A stretch of 64,000 bases of DNA from Candidatus Zixiibacteriota bacterium (GTDB lineage: Bacteria > Zixibacteria > MSB-5A5 > UBA10806 > 4484-95), in contig JBBIRK010000006.1 of the NCBI GenBank assembly GCA_037441845.1, positions 32,001 to 96,000 on the forward strand, written 5' to 3'. The translations under genes were made by a program, and so were the position numbers. Positions 37,562-48,500 of the stretch are shown here, piece after piece. The notes below the pieces were generated by a model. That model was not told the origin of the DNA. It ran no database searches and saw only the letters and a list, made by a program, of their open reading frames with translations. Position 1 is the stretch's first letter. Every line of letters begins with the position of its first letter.

Positions 37562-39766
37562 ATGGGAATAGAATTCTTAATATCGCTGATTTATCTGGCC
37601 TCAGCCGGAGTTTTATTCCTGACTGCCGGTCTGATTCTCAAGGAAAACGTCAAATCTTTCAATAACCGGGTTGCCGCCGCCATGTTTTTTTCCGCCGGTG
37701 TGGCTCCTTGCAGCGTGGCCATCTATAAAACCTTTCTTATAGACAGTCAGGCATCGCCGTCTCTACTCAATCTTTTTTACGTTTGGGAGTTGTTTTTTCC
37801 GTTTTTGCTGTTGTTTTCCATGGTGTTTCCACACCCAGGCGCATTTTATAGACAACACAAACGACTTATCCAGTTCGCTTTCGTCCCCCACATATTTCAC
37901 GTTATTTTGGTTATATTTTTCAACGATCCCGACCGGTTGTTCGGGCTTTTCGATTTCGACACTTCGATTCCGCTGGTCGGCCAACTGCTCAGTTTCCTTG
38001 AGACCGTTCTCAAAATCCTGGCGGCGCTGATGGGCATCCTGTTGATTTTTCATGTCAAGTTCTTTTCGCTCATCAATCTGACTTATGTGGTCGCCGCAGT
38101 ATATTTTCTGAATCTCGGTTACAAGGCGATAGACAATCGAGCGCTGAAGATCCAGGTCAGGGTGGTAATTATCGGTATCGCCGCCGCCATGGGGCTTTAT
38201 GTGTTTTCGATCATAATCCCCGCGATTTTGTCGCTCCGTATGCCATCGGGATTGCGCGAAACGATGATTATACTGGCGTTGATCGTCGGACCCGGGTCGA
38301 TCGCCTGGGCCATAATCAGATACAGATTCATGGATATCGGGCTCTTGGCCCGGCAGAGCCTCGTTTACACCATCAGCACCGCTATCGTAGTCGGCGGCTA
38401 CCTATTGATTATCAGCGAACTTTCCTCGTTGTTCGCCGAGGCGTTCGGCGTGCAATCGCGGCTTTTGGATGTAATCGTGGTGGTGATCCTGCTGCTGTTT
38501 TTTCAGCCGCTTTATAACCAGGTCGATGATTTTATCCGCCGTATATTCATAAAAGGCCGAAGCGATTACCGCCGCCTCATGGAGGAATTCTCGAGGCAGC
38601 TCGTTACCATTTTCGATATAGAACAATTGGCCGCGGCGGTAAGAGAAAATATGAACAAAGAGATGTTTATCGAGCAGACACATATCGCCTTGAAAGCCGC
38701 CGGCGACCGCTTTTTCAGGTTCATAGGCGAGCCGGTGGAATATACACTCGAGGAAAAATTGGCGGCTTCATTGATTCAACGCCGGCGCCCAGTATTTATC
38801 GCCGATTTGCGCTCGGCGCTGGAAAAAGGCAAACTCGGAGGCCGCCTGCTCGAAAAAGATTGCCAGCTCCTCGTCCCCCTGATGGATCGCGACGAGCTGG
38901 TCGGAATCATGGCGCTCTCCGCGAAAATCGCCGGTTTTCGCTATACCTACGAGGATTTTTCGCTGTTGATGGTCGTCGCCAATCAGATCGTGGTGGCGCT
39001 TAACAACGCCAGACTTTACGCTGAATCATTGGAAAAGCAAAGGCTCGAAGAGGAACTCGAGATAGCCCGCAAGATCCAGATGAATCTTCTGCCGCGCCGA
39101 CTGCCCGAACATCATCGCTACGAATTCGCGGCATTCAATTATCCCTCTCGGCATGTCGGCGGCGATTACTATGATTTCATTCATCTGGGCGACGGCCGCC
39201 TGGGCGTAGTGATCGCCGATGTTTCCGGTAAAGGAGTCCCGGCCGCCTTGCTGATGGCCAGAGTGCAAGCGATAATTCAAGCCCAGAAGGGGCAGGGATT
39301 GCATCTTGAGAGCATGCTGACGCGGCTGAATGATTTTCTGGTCAGCTCCAGCTCCCCCGACAGATTCGTAACGATGTTCTACGGCGAACTGGACCTTGAA
39401 ACCGGCCTGTTTCAATTCTGCAACGCGGGCCATAATTATCCGTTCGTGATCAGCCGCGACGGTGAAATCAAATACCTGGTCGAAGGTGGGTTGATACTCG
39501 GCGCTTTTCCCAATCTGAACTATGTCTCCTCCAGGATAAAGATTTCCAGCAACGATGTAGTGGTTATGTATACCGATGGTCTTTCGGAGGCGATGAATTC
39601 CGCCGAGGAAGAGTTCGGCGAACGAAGATTGGTGGAGACGGTAATCCGCGTGCGGGGCGAATCGGCCCAGGTTATTTGCGGAACCTTGATTAAAAATATC
39701 AGGCAGTTTGCGGCCGGCGCCGAGGAAGCCGACGATATGACCCTGGTGGTATTAAAAGCGAAGTAG
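37562..39766 (+). CDS. Multi-pass membrane GAF + PP2C (SpoIIE/RsbU-like) phosphatase
   Basis: About 9 TM helices, a GAF segment, and VGGDYYD, IADVSGKG, NAGH, YTDGLSE and DDMT motifs. Confidence 0.92.
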   Translation: MGIEFLISLIYLASAGVLFLTAGLILKENVKSFNNRVAAAMFFSAGVAPCSVAIYKTFLIDSQASPSLLNLFYVWELFFPFLLLFSMVFPHPGAFYRQHKRLIQFAFVPHIFHVILVIFFNDPDRLFGLFDFDTSIPLVGQLLSFLETVLKILAALMGILLIFHVKFFSLINLTYVVAAVYFLNLGYKAIDNRALKIQVRVVIIGIAAAMGLYVFSIIIPAILSLRMPSGLRETMIILALIVGPGSIAWAIIRYRFMDIGLLARQSLVYTISTAIVVGGYLLIISELSSLFAEAFGVQSRLLDVIVVVILLLFFQPLYNQVDDFIRRIFIKGRSDYRRLMEEFSRQLVTIFDIEQLAAAVRENMNKEMFIEQTHIALKAAGDRFFRFIGEPVEYTLEEKLAASLIQRRRPVFIADLRSALEKGKLGGRLLEKDCQLLVPLMDRDELVGIMALSAKIAGFRYTYEDFSLLMVVANQIVVALNNARLYAESLEKQRLEEELEIARKIQMNLLPRRLPEHHRYEFAAFNYPSRHVGGDYYDFIHLGDGRLGVVIADVSGKGVPAALLMARVQAIIQAQKGQGLHLESMLTRLNDFLVSSSSPDRFVTMFYGELDLETGLFQFCNAGHNYPFVISRDGEIKYLVEGGLILGAFPNLNYVSSRIKISSNDVVVMYTDGLSEAMNSAEEEFGERRLVETVIRVRGESAQVICGTLIKNIRQFAAGAEEADDMTLVVLKAK

Positions 39767-39843
39767 GTCGATTCGAAAGCGCTTTCGATAAGGGGCATTT
39801 TCGAACGACCGAAATTATGTCAATCGTTTCACGAGGAGAACGC

Positions 39844-40188
39844 ATGAAATTGACACCGGAATCGATCAACAAATTGAATCCAGGCCAGCTGCAACTGCTC
39901 GATGAGCTCGGCGATCTTGCCAGAAAGGAAGCCGAACTCAATGCGATAATCGAAGCCAACCGACATCAAGCGGAAAAAGCGGGCATCGGCCGGGACCGGG
40001 AAAACCTGAAAAGCATTATCGACGATCCTGAATACGACAACCTGATTTCGGTCAAGGCGATCAAGGAGCGGGAGCAGGTGAAGGAAAAAATCAGAAGTGT
40101 AATGCAATCGCTTATTGAAGCCGGGTTGGGCGAGCTTGAAATATTAAAGCGGCAAGCACCGAATTACGGGCTGAAAATCGACCGGTGA
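39844..40188 (+). CDS. Hypothetical helical protein
   Basis: GAGGAG RBS before ATG 39844; charged helical sequence; no family recognised. Confidence 0.65.
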   Translation: MKLTPESINKLNPGQLQLLDELGDLARKEAELNAIIEANRHQAEKAGIGRDRENLKSIIDDPEYDNLISVKAIKEREQVKEKIRSVMQSLIEAGLGELEILKRQAPNYGLKIDR

Positions 40189-40207
40189 ATCCGGCGGCGA
40201 GACGATC

Positions 40208-42310
40208 ATGAAGAAACCGGCTTCCAGGCGGCTGCCGCAGGTTCTGGCTGCAGCCATGTTGCTGATATTGGCGGCCGGGTATATCGGTTCGTTTCGCCGA
40301 TTGTCAGCTCCGCTCAGCTGCGCCGAATCCCTTTCCATCGATGCTATCGAGACCAATTGCGCCCTGGCCGAATCGCTGATGAGTATAGGCGATTATGAAC
40401 AAGCCCGGAAGTATCTCGAGCGAAATCTGAAAATAAGGCGCCATCATCCGCATACTCATTTTCTGCTGGGCGAAATTTATCGCCGCAAGAATACCATCTT
40501 CGACCGCCGTCTTTCCGCCGAAAACCTGAAACAGGCGGTGATCCGCGATCCGGACAATTATCGATATCGGTATTCGCTCGGATTGACCTATCTTGAGCAA
40601 GGTTTTATCGGTAACGCCTTGGCCGAATTCAAAAAAGTCGTTCGCCTCAATCCCGACCATGCCGATGCCCATCGACACATAGCCCAATTGTATCGCCAGC
40701 TCGGTCTGCGCTACGATGATCGCGATATGCTGGCAAGTGCGCTTGACCATGCGGCCGAAGCGGCGGCCGCCGAAAAAGACCCGCTTGATTATCTCGAACA
40801 GGCGGCTTTGCTGGTGATGCTCGAGTTGTTCGATGCCGCTATTGGGAAAATCGATACCGCAATCGGCCTGGAACCCGATTCTTCGCTTGCCAAAAAACTG
40901 CTGCTTGCCCGCGGCCTTTGCCGCCTGCGCATGGGCTTGATAGATGAGGCAGCCGCTGATTTCGATGCGGCGATGAGTTTGATGAACGAACATGAACGTG
41001 CGGAATTCGAGGACGTCAGATTGCTAATGCCACCCCAGGAATACGCCCGTTTGTTGTCAATGAGTCGTTATCGAAGACAGAAAGCGATAGCCTCTTTCTG
41101 GAAAGAACTCGATCCCGATTTAACCACTGCTTTCAATGAAAGGCGCCTCGAACATTTCGCCAGACAAATATACGCCGAAATGGCGTTCTCGATTCCCGAA
41201 AAAAACATAAATGGCAAGAATACCCGACGCGGCGAAACTTACATCCGCTTCGGACCACCCGAAAGCAAAGTGTTCATTTTCGGTGATGCGCTCGCCAGAC
41301 CGCCGGAGCCATCCAGCTGGATTTGGGAATATGTCATAAACGGAAAGCCGGTGACTCTTCGCTTCGTAGATATTTATCATGACGGCGATTTCACGTTTCC
41401 GTTCACCGACCTGGCCGATCCCACGAGCCGCCGGCGGGACGACCCGGAATTTATCGCCGATCGGCTCGCCCGGACGATCGGTCAGCGCTATCAATTTTCC
41501 GCAGGCAAACCGCTGGCGTTCAAATACGGCATCTACCAGTTCAAAGGAAATCGCGGAGCCACCGAGCTGGAAATTTTTTTCAACATTCCCCACTCGGAGT
41601 TGTCGTTTTCTTTTGCCGACGACATGGCCGATGCCGAAATCGATATACGGGCCGCTCTCCACACTCCCGCACTGGTTGAACTCGATTCGTTCGCCGCGAA
41701 ACGCACCTATTCCGTGCCCCCGACTCTTATAGAGAATCCGCGGTTGTCCGTGTGCGACAATTTCAAGCTTGCGGCGCGGGCGGATTCGGCTGTGGTTTCG
41801 CTGGCTTTCGCCAATCGACTGGCCGGCAGCCGTGGTATGGCCAGGACTCAAATCGCCTTGCGGAATTTTTACACCGACAGGGTGGAGATATCGGATCTGA
41901 TTCTGGCTCGCCAGCTCCAACGAATCGACGCCGAGACGCCGATAAACAGAAATTCTCTCCATCTGTTCACCAACCTCGAAAACAGATATTTCGTGAGCGA
42001 GCCGGTGGTTGTCTATTTCGAATTTTACAATCTCGAACTCGACGCGGCGGGGCGGACCGATTATCAGGTCAGGCAAACGATCGCCCGCTTGAAACGCCCC
42101 AAATTGATCGGCGTAATAACCGGATATCAGGTGGCCGAGGAGGTTACGACAGTTTTCGAGGGCGGCGGCCCTGAAACTTTCGAGCACCGTCTGCTGACTC
42201 TCGATTTTTCGCGATTCAAACCCGGCAGATACAGGATCACGATCGAAATAATCGATAACGTAATGGCCGATTCGGCGACCGCGGCTGCGGAGTTAATCCT
42301 GTATGAATGA
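40208..42310 (+). CDS. TPR + GWxTD-domain protein
   Basis: Signal/anchor and TPR repeats; FWKELDPD.T..NE...EHF.R...A and RGETYIRFGPP signatures; Ig-like C-terminal domains. Confidence 0.85.
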   Translation: MKKPASRRLPQVLAAAMLLILAAGYIGSFRRLSAPLSCAESLSIDAIETNCALAESLMSIGDYEQARKYLERNLKIRRHHPHTHFLLGEIYRRKNTIFDRRLSAENLKQAVIRDPDNYRYRYSLGLTYLEQGFIGNALAEFKKVVRLNPDHADAHRHIAQLYRQLGLRYDDRDMLASALDHAAEAAAAEKDPLDYLEQAALLVMLELFDAAIGKIDTAIGLEPDSSLAKKLLLARGLCRLRMGLIDEAAADFDAAMSLMNEHERAEFEDVRLLMPPQEYARLLSMSRYRRQKAIASFWKELDPDLTTAFNERRLEHFARQIYAEMAFSIPEKNINGKNTRRGETYIRFGPPESKVFIFGDALARPPEPSSWIWEYVINGKPVTLRFVDIYHDGDFTFPFTDLADPTSRRRDDPEFIADRLARTIGQRYQFSAGKPLAFKYGIYQFKGNRGATELEIFFNIPHSELSFSFADDMADAEIDIRAALHTPALVELDSFAAKRTYSVPPTLIENPRLSVCDNFKLAARADSAVVSLAFANRLAGSRGMARTQIALRNFYTDRVEISDLILARQLQRIDAETPINRNSLHLFTNLENRYFVSEPVVVYFEFYNLELDAAGRTDYQVRQTIARLKRPKLIGVITGYQVAEEVTTVFEGGGPETFEHRLLTLDFSRFKPGRYRITIEIIDNVMADSATAAAELILYE

Positions 42311-42408
42311 TTCCTCTGGTGGTCCAACGTGGGCCTGTCGAAATCCGGCTGCGGCTCGTCCGGTTTCGCCCCGGAGCCGAAAAAAGTGAATCGGCAGCCT
42401 AAAATATA

Positions 42409-42437
42409 TTGCAATGGCCGACCCGGTGATTTAATAT
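42409..42437 (+). promoter_or_regulatory. sigma70-like promoter of pdaD operon
   Basis: TTGCAA-N17-TAATAT. Confidence 0.5.
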
Positions 42438-42475
42438 CTGCGTTGCTTATACCCGAGCATGAGGAGGAATAGCGG

Positions 42476-43024
42476 ATGATTATTCCAAAAAGAATGTTTC
42501 TGACAAAAGGTGTGGGCACCGACAAGGAACGATTGTCTTCGTTCGAGCTGGCCCTGAGAGCAGCCGGTATCGCCGGCTTCAATCTGGTCCATGTCTCATC
42601 GATATTTCCGCCTTACTGCAAATTAATTCCGAAAAAAGTTGGTCTCAAGGAGCTTAAACCCGGGGAAATCGTTTTTTGCGTAATGAGCCGAGCCGATACC
42701 AATGAGCCCAATCGGCTCATCTCCGCTTCTGTGGGGTTAGCCATTCCTCAGGACAGATCTCAATACGGATATCTTTCCGAGCATGAAGCCTACGGCATGA
42801 CCGAACGAAAATCGGGCGATTATGCCGAGGACTTGGCCGCCACCATGCTCGCCTCGACACTCGGCATCGAATTCGACGTCGATAAGTCGTATGACGAGAA
42901 AAAGGAAATTTATAAAATTTCCGGGAAAATCGTCCGCTCGACCAATATCACGCAATCAGCCGAGGGCAACAAGCGGGGACTTTGGACGACCGTGGTGGCC
43001 GCCGCCGTATTTCTTTGTGATTGA
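42476..43024 (+). CDS. pdaD: Pyruvoyl-dependent arginine decarboxylase
   Basis: [25 protein letters not shown] with the Ser-Ser self-cleavage site; GYLSEH motif. Confidence 0.93.
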   Translation: MIIPKRMFLTKGVGTDKERLSSFELALRAAGIAGFNLVHVSSIFPPYCKLIPKKVGLKELKPGEIVFCVMSRADTNEPNRLISASVGLAIPQDRSQYGYLSEHEAYGMTERKSGDYAEDLAATMLASTLGIEFDVDKSYDEKKEIYKISGKIVRSTNITQSAEGNKRGLWTTVVAAAVFLCD

Positions 43025-43172
43025 AAGTCACTCAGTTTTCGCTTTGGTCGATTGCATTCATCACCGAGCTGCGCCGTATTGCCTTTTTGCCGTTAATGTT
43101 CGAAAACGTCATTTCCTAAAATGAACCGAGGGATTTGCCATTAAGCGGAAATTCCCCGAATCCGGATCGCGG

Positions 43173-43895
43173 CTGTATAATGATTTCGCCGCATATTACG
43201 ACATGCTCGGCTGGAACGAGTTCGCAGCCGAATGCGCCGAACGGATCAAAACCATCCTCAAATTCCGACTTCCCAAAGCCCGCTTTCTGCTCGATTTCGC
43301 CTGCGGCACGGGTGAGCTCGAATATCGTTTGCGAAATGCGGGAATTTCTCCGATCGGCGTGGACATATCGCCTGCCATGCTTAAGGTCGCCCGAAAGAAA
43401 AATCCCGGAGTGGAATTTATCGTCGGCGACATGATTTCGCTGAAACTCGAAAGAAAATTCGATATAGTCTGTTGTTTTTTCGACAGTGTGAATCACCTCC
43501 GCTCGACGGACGAATTGAACCGTTTTTTCGGCAACGTCGCCGTTCATCTTCGGCCGGGTGGCCTGTTCGTTTTCGATACACTCAGCCCGGCGGGTCTGGC
43601 CAAATGGGAATTCTTTGACTTGAAGACCGCACCCGATTATACTGTTATCACGAGCGGCGATTTTGACGAAAATAAAATTAAGGCGCGGATTACGATCGAG
43701 GGATTTGTCAGACGGAAATCCGGACTCTACCGCAGGTTCAGGCAGGAGATCGTGGAAAAAGCATTCGCTTTCAAGACCATTTTGAGATCATTGCAAAAGG
43801 CCGGTTTCAGCCATATAGCCGTTTCTTCGTTTGATCCCGCCGAGTCGATCGAAAAAAGCAGCCGATGGTTCTTGCTTGCCAGGTCGACCCGATGA
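43173..43895 (+). CDS. Class I SAM-dependent methyltransferase (start uncertain: CTG 43173, ATT 43140 or ATG 43203)
   Basis: LLDFACGTG motif I, GVDISPAML, DSVNHL and LRPGGLFVFD. The family-like N-terminus YNDFAAYYD lies upstream of the first ATG. Confidence 0.88.
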   Translation: MYNDFAAYYDMLGWNEFAAECAERIKTILKFRLPKARFLLDFACGTGELEYRLRNAGISPIGVDISPAMLKVARKKNPGVEFIVGDMISLKLERKFDIVCCFFDSVNHLRSTDELNRFFGNVAVHLRPGGLFVFDTLSPAGLAKWEFFDLKTAPDYTVITSGDFDENKIKARITIEGFVRRKSGLYRRFRQEIVEKAFAFKTILRSLQKAGFSHIAVSSFDPAESIEKSSRWFLLARSTR

Positions 43896-44755
43896 GTACT
43901 GTCGCCCATAACTTCCTAGGTCTTTCGGAAGAACGATCCAACTACGCGACGGCAAAGGCGGTGGTATTGCCGATACCCTATGATCTGACCCTGTCATATC
44001 TGGGAGGGGCCCGGCATGGCCCGGCGGCGATCTTGGCTGCTTCGAAACAGGTCGAGACGTTCGATCATAAGCTTGGGCTGGACCCTTCCGAAATCGGGAT
44101 CGCCACCATGCCCGAGTTGGAACAGGTAGCCGCATCACCCGAAAAGATGCAAGAGGCGATTTTCGACGCTTGCGATAATTTTATCGGTGATGGCAAATTC
44201 GTTCTTGCTCTGGGCGGCGAACATTCGATCACCGCGGCGCTGGTGGCTGCCCATGCCCGACATTTCGAAAATCTATCCGTGCTGCAGATCGACGCTCACA
44301 CCGACCTTCGCGATAGTTATCAGGGCAGCCGATTTTCACATGCTTGCGTCATGGCGCGGGTAGCCGAAACCGCTCGTTTCATGTCGGTGGGGATAAGAAG
44401 TTACTCCGGCGACGATAATGAAAAAAAATTTCAGGAACGCTTGATCACCCCGGAGCAATTTCGCAAACATGCCGGAATTTTCGAGAAAATCATGGCGGGT
44501 TTGACCGAAAATGTTTATATCACCGTTGACCTCGATGGTTTCGATCCGGCGGTGGTGCCTGCGGTCGGAACCCCGGAGCCGGGCGGGTTGCACTGGGATG
44601 AGGTTATGCTTCTGCTGGAAAGTTTAGCGAAAAACAAAAGGATTGTCGGAGCCGATGTGGTCGAGCTGTCTCCTCGTCCGGGATTCGAATATGCGGATTT
44701 CACTGCGGCAAAGCTGTGTTACCGTTTGATCGGTCTTAGCTTTTTCGGTAAGTAG
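43892..44755 (+). CDS. speB: Agmatinase
   Basis: GARHGP, GGEHS, DAHTD, SHAC and DLDGFDP...GTPEPGG motifs; same operon as arginine decarboxylase. Confidence 0.93.
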   Translation: MSTVAHNFLGLSEERSNYATAKAVVLPIPYDLTLSYLGGARHGPAAILAASKQVETFDHKLGLDPSEIGIATMPELEQVAASPEKMQEAIFDACDNFIGDGKFVLALGGEHSITAALVAAHARHFENLSVLQIDAHTDLRDSYQGSRFSHACVMARVAETARFMSVGIRSYSGDDNEKKFQERLITPEQFRKHAGIFEKIMAGLTENVYITVDLDGFDPAVVPAVGTPEPGGLHWDEVMLLLESLAKNKRIVGADVVELSPRPGFEYADFTAAKLCYRLIGLSFFGK

Positions 44756-44757
44756 TC

Positions 44758-45495
44758 ATGGAATGGTGGCAGAAATATTTCACCGAAGATTATCTGAAGC
44801 TTTACGGCCATACCGAACAGCGGGCCCCCTCTGAGGTGGCGGCGGTTTTGCGCATGCTGCAGATCAAACCGCCGGCCAAGATACTTGATCTGTGCTGCGG
44901 TTTCGGACGGCATGCGATCGTGCTCGCCGGCGAGGGTTTCGATGTCACCGGCATCGACATTTCCGAACGGTTCTTGCAGATGGCGCGCAAGCGGGCTGAC
45001 CTGGTAGGCGTCAAGTTGAATCTCGAAAAGGCCGACATGCGGAATATCCAGCACCTACACGAATTCGACGCCGTCATAAATCTATTCACGGCGTTCGGCT
45101 TTTTCGAAAGCGAAGCCGAAGACCTGATGGTGCTCGAGGGCGTCGCCCGTTCCCTGAAAAGAGACGGGCAGTTCATCATAGACACGGTGAATCGCGATCA
45201 TATAATCCATTCCCTTCAACCTAAAAGATGGACGATCGATAACGGAACCGTCGTGCTGGAAGAAAGATTTTTCGATTATTTCAAATCGAGGCTTGAAATT
45301 AGTCTCGAACTGATCGATAAAGATAACGGCAACCGCCGGCTGGAATATTCTTTCAGACTTTATACGCTGACGGAAATGCTTAACCTGTTCCAGAAAGTCG
45401 GCTTGAGCCTGACCGAAGTGTACGGCGATTTTAATGGATCGCTTTACTCGGCGCAATCGCCTCGACTGATAATGGTGGCGCGTAAAATTGATTGA
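44758..45495 (+). CDS. Class I SAM-dependent methyltransferase
   Basis: ILDLCCGFGRH motif I, ADMR, FTAFGFF and RLYT motifs. Confidence 0.92.
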   Translation: MEWWQKYFTEDYLKLYGHTEQRAPSEVAAVLRMLQIKPPAKILDLCCGFGRHAIVLAGEGFDVTGIDISERFLQMARKRADLVGVKLNLEKADMRNIQHLHEFDAVINLFTAFGFFESEAEDLMVLEGVARSLKRDGQFIIDTVNRDHIIHSLQPKRWTIDNGTVVLEERFFDYFKSRLEISLELIDKDNGNRRLEYSFRLYTLTEMLNLFQKVGLSLTEVYGDFNGSLYSAQSPRLIMVARKID

Positions 45496-45552
45496 CGCCG
45501 GATTTTCTCTTCTTACCCGCCCCCCTCGTTGGGTAGCGGGATTTTCGTGTTT

Positions 45553-48500
45553 ATGATTTTGCGAAAATTGCTGCAAGATTTCTCGAATCTCGAATCGACT
45601 CGTTCCCTCGAACAGCTCTTGAACAGCCAAGATAATAGAGTGATAACGATTGCCGGTCTATGCGGCTCGGCCAAAGTTCTGCCGATCGTCCACTCGTTCA
45701 TGATTACCGGTAGGCCGATTCTGGTTATCTCCCCCGGAACCGAAGAATCGGAATCGCTCAATGATGATATAAAAGAGTTTATCGGCGATGACAGTTTGGG
45801 ACATTTCCCTTCGTGGGGAATCGCCCCCTACGAGATTCGCGCCCCGCGTGCGGACGTGATCGGGCAAAAGATACGGGTGTTAAGTCAGCTCGGCCAATCC
45901 CGACCGGTGGTGGTGACCGCCTCGGTCGAGGCGATCATGGAGCCTACCATCGATCGGGCGACTTTGACGGAGAATAATCTCAAGTTGGAAGTGGGGGCGT
46001 CCGCGGATCCGACGAGCCTGATCAACCTGCTTGAAAGATTGCAATTCGTGCGGCGGCCTATGACCGAAGCCATCGGCGAATACTCCGTCCGAGGCGGCAT
46101 AGTCGATTTCTTTTCCCCGACACATGACGATCCGATTAGAGTCGAATTTTTCGGCGACAAAATAGCCTCGATCCGTACTTTCAGCGTGCTTACGCAGAAA
46201 TCCTCCGCTCGCATCGCCGAAGCTCATGTACTGCCCAGGCGGGAATTTCTCATAGATCAAAGTTCGCTCGATCGACTGAGCCATGAGCTTCCCGAAAAGA
46301 AAGCCCAAGCCCTGCATGTGGCGTTGGGAGATTACGGTGATTACGACGGTCTCGAATTTCTTTGGCCGATGCTTGACTGCCGCCGATCGAGTATTTTCGA
46401 TCACCTTCCGATGAATACGATAATTTTTATCGATGAGCCCGGCCTGGTTTTTCAGCATGCCGCCGCATACGGCGAAACGGCCCGGAAACGATTTGAATCT
46501 GTCGGTGATTTTCCCGCGGCCCCGCCCGAAAGGATTTATTTCGAAGAAAACTTCTTGCGATCGGCCATCGATAGACATAAAGCGATGATGCTGCATCTTG
46601 CCGCCGATCCCGATACCGCCGACTTGATTTATCGGACTTCGCCCCAGGAAAATTTCGGCTCAAACCTGTCGCATATCAAAAGGCGTCTGAAAGAAATGCT
46701 CCAGGAGGGGAATCGAATCGCCGTTTTATGCGAAACGGCTACTCACAAACAAAGCCTCGAAGAGCTCGTCGATAAGACGGAAACACCGGTGGAATTCCAT
46801 CTCGGACGCCTGTCTGCCGGTTTCTGTTTGCTTGATTTGCACTATTGGTATCTTGTCGATCATCAAATGTTCGCAGGCCATCGCCCCAGGCGAACGTATC
46901 GACGTTTTCGCGAGGGAGTGGCGCTGGCCAATTACGCAAGCCTCAATCCCGGCGATTACGTCGTTCATGTCGATTTCGGGATAGGTCGGTTCGAGGGGTT
47001 GCAGACCTTGGTGGTCGACGGGCGGAAACGAGATTGTCTTGCCTTGATCTATGCCGGCGACGATCGACTTTACGTGCCGGTTGAGGAATTCCATCGCGTT
47101 CAGAAATACTCCGGCAAGGACGGTGAACCGCGCCTGTCGAAACTCGGAACCGCCACCTGGGAAAAAACCAAGGCCCGCGCCCGCAAAGCGGTGCTCGAAA
47201 TGGCCGGTGAATTGATTTCACTTTACGCCGAACGGCAGGCTTTTCCGGGATTCGCAGCCAAGCCCGATGGCGAATGGCAGCATCGGCTCGAGGCTTCGTT
47301 TGCTTTCGAGGAAACGCCCGACCAGTTGAAAGCGATGGAGGATATAAGAATCGACATGGAAAAACCAGTTCCTATGGATCGGCTGATCTGCGGTGATGTC
47401 GGTTATGGCAAGACCGAGCTGGCGATACGGGCGGCATTGAAAGCGGTCGATTCAGGCAAACAGGCGGCGGTTCTTGTGCCTACCACGATTCTGGCCGCGC
47501 AGCATCTGGAGACATTCACCGAACGATTGGCCGAATTTCCGGTGAAGATTGCGCTGCTGTCGCGGTTTTGCACGCCCAAACAGGCCAAAGAAACCAAGGC
47601 GGGTCTTGCCTCCGGAACAATCGATATTGTTATTGGAACCCATATGCTGCTTCAGAAAAATATAAAATTCAAGGATTTGGGTCTTCTCATTATAGATGAA
47701 GAACATCGGTTCGGCGTCGCCCACAAAGAGAGATTGAAAAAATTCCGTAGTCAGATCGACGTCCTCACTCTGACCGCAACTCCGATTCCTCGTACCATGC
47801 AACTCGCATTCGCCGGCGCCCGCGATATGTCGATAATCAATACGCCTCCACAAAATCGGCTGCCGATCGTCACCGAGGTCGCGCCCTTTTCCGACCGCCT
47901 TATAGTGGAGGCCGTCAACCGCGAGCTGGCGCGTAACGGGCAAATTTACATTGTTTATAACCGCGTTCAATCGATCGACGCTTTTTACAAATATCTGAAA
48001 ACCCTTCTGCCGCTGGTAAGAATTGCTGTCGCACACGGCCAAATGAGCGAACGAAATCTGGAAAAGATTATGAAGGATTTTTACAATAAAAAGTACGATG
48101 TTCTTCTTTCCACGACGATTATCGAATCCGGCCTGGATATCCCCGCGGTGAACACCTTGATCGTGGTGCGCGCCGATCGACTCGGCCTGGCCCAACTATA
48201 TCAATTGCGGGGGCGCGTGGGCCGGTCCAATTTGCGTGCCTACGCTTACCTGTTGATCCCCCCTCTCAAACTTCTCAACCAACAGGCTCGCAAACGATTG
48301 AAAGCGATCGAGGAGTTCACCGAGCTCGGTTCGGGATTTCATTTAGCCATGCGCGATCTGGAAATCAGAGGCGCGGGCAATCTGCTCGGTCATCAACAGC
48401 ACGGATTTATCGAGGAAGTCGGTTTCGATCTCTATATCAGGCTCCTGGAGGAGGCAGTCGCCCAGCTGAAAGGGAAATCTCTCGATGAACATCTTGCCGA

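Noticed and set aside
41120..42187. 355-aa minus-strand ORF
   Set aside because: Antisense shadow of the GWxTD gene; no motifs or RBS.
43111..43146. Antizyme/prfB-like +1 frameshift sites (TCC TAA; CAT TAA)
   Set aside because: This would need two successive shifts or poor tRNA re-pairing; a non-canonical start is a simpler explanation.
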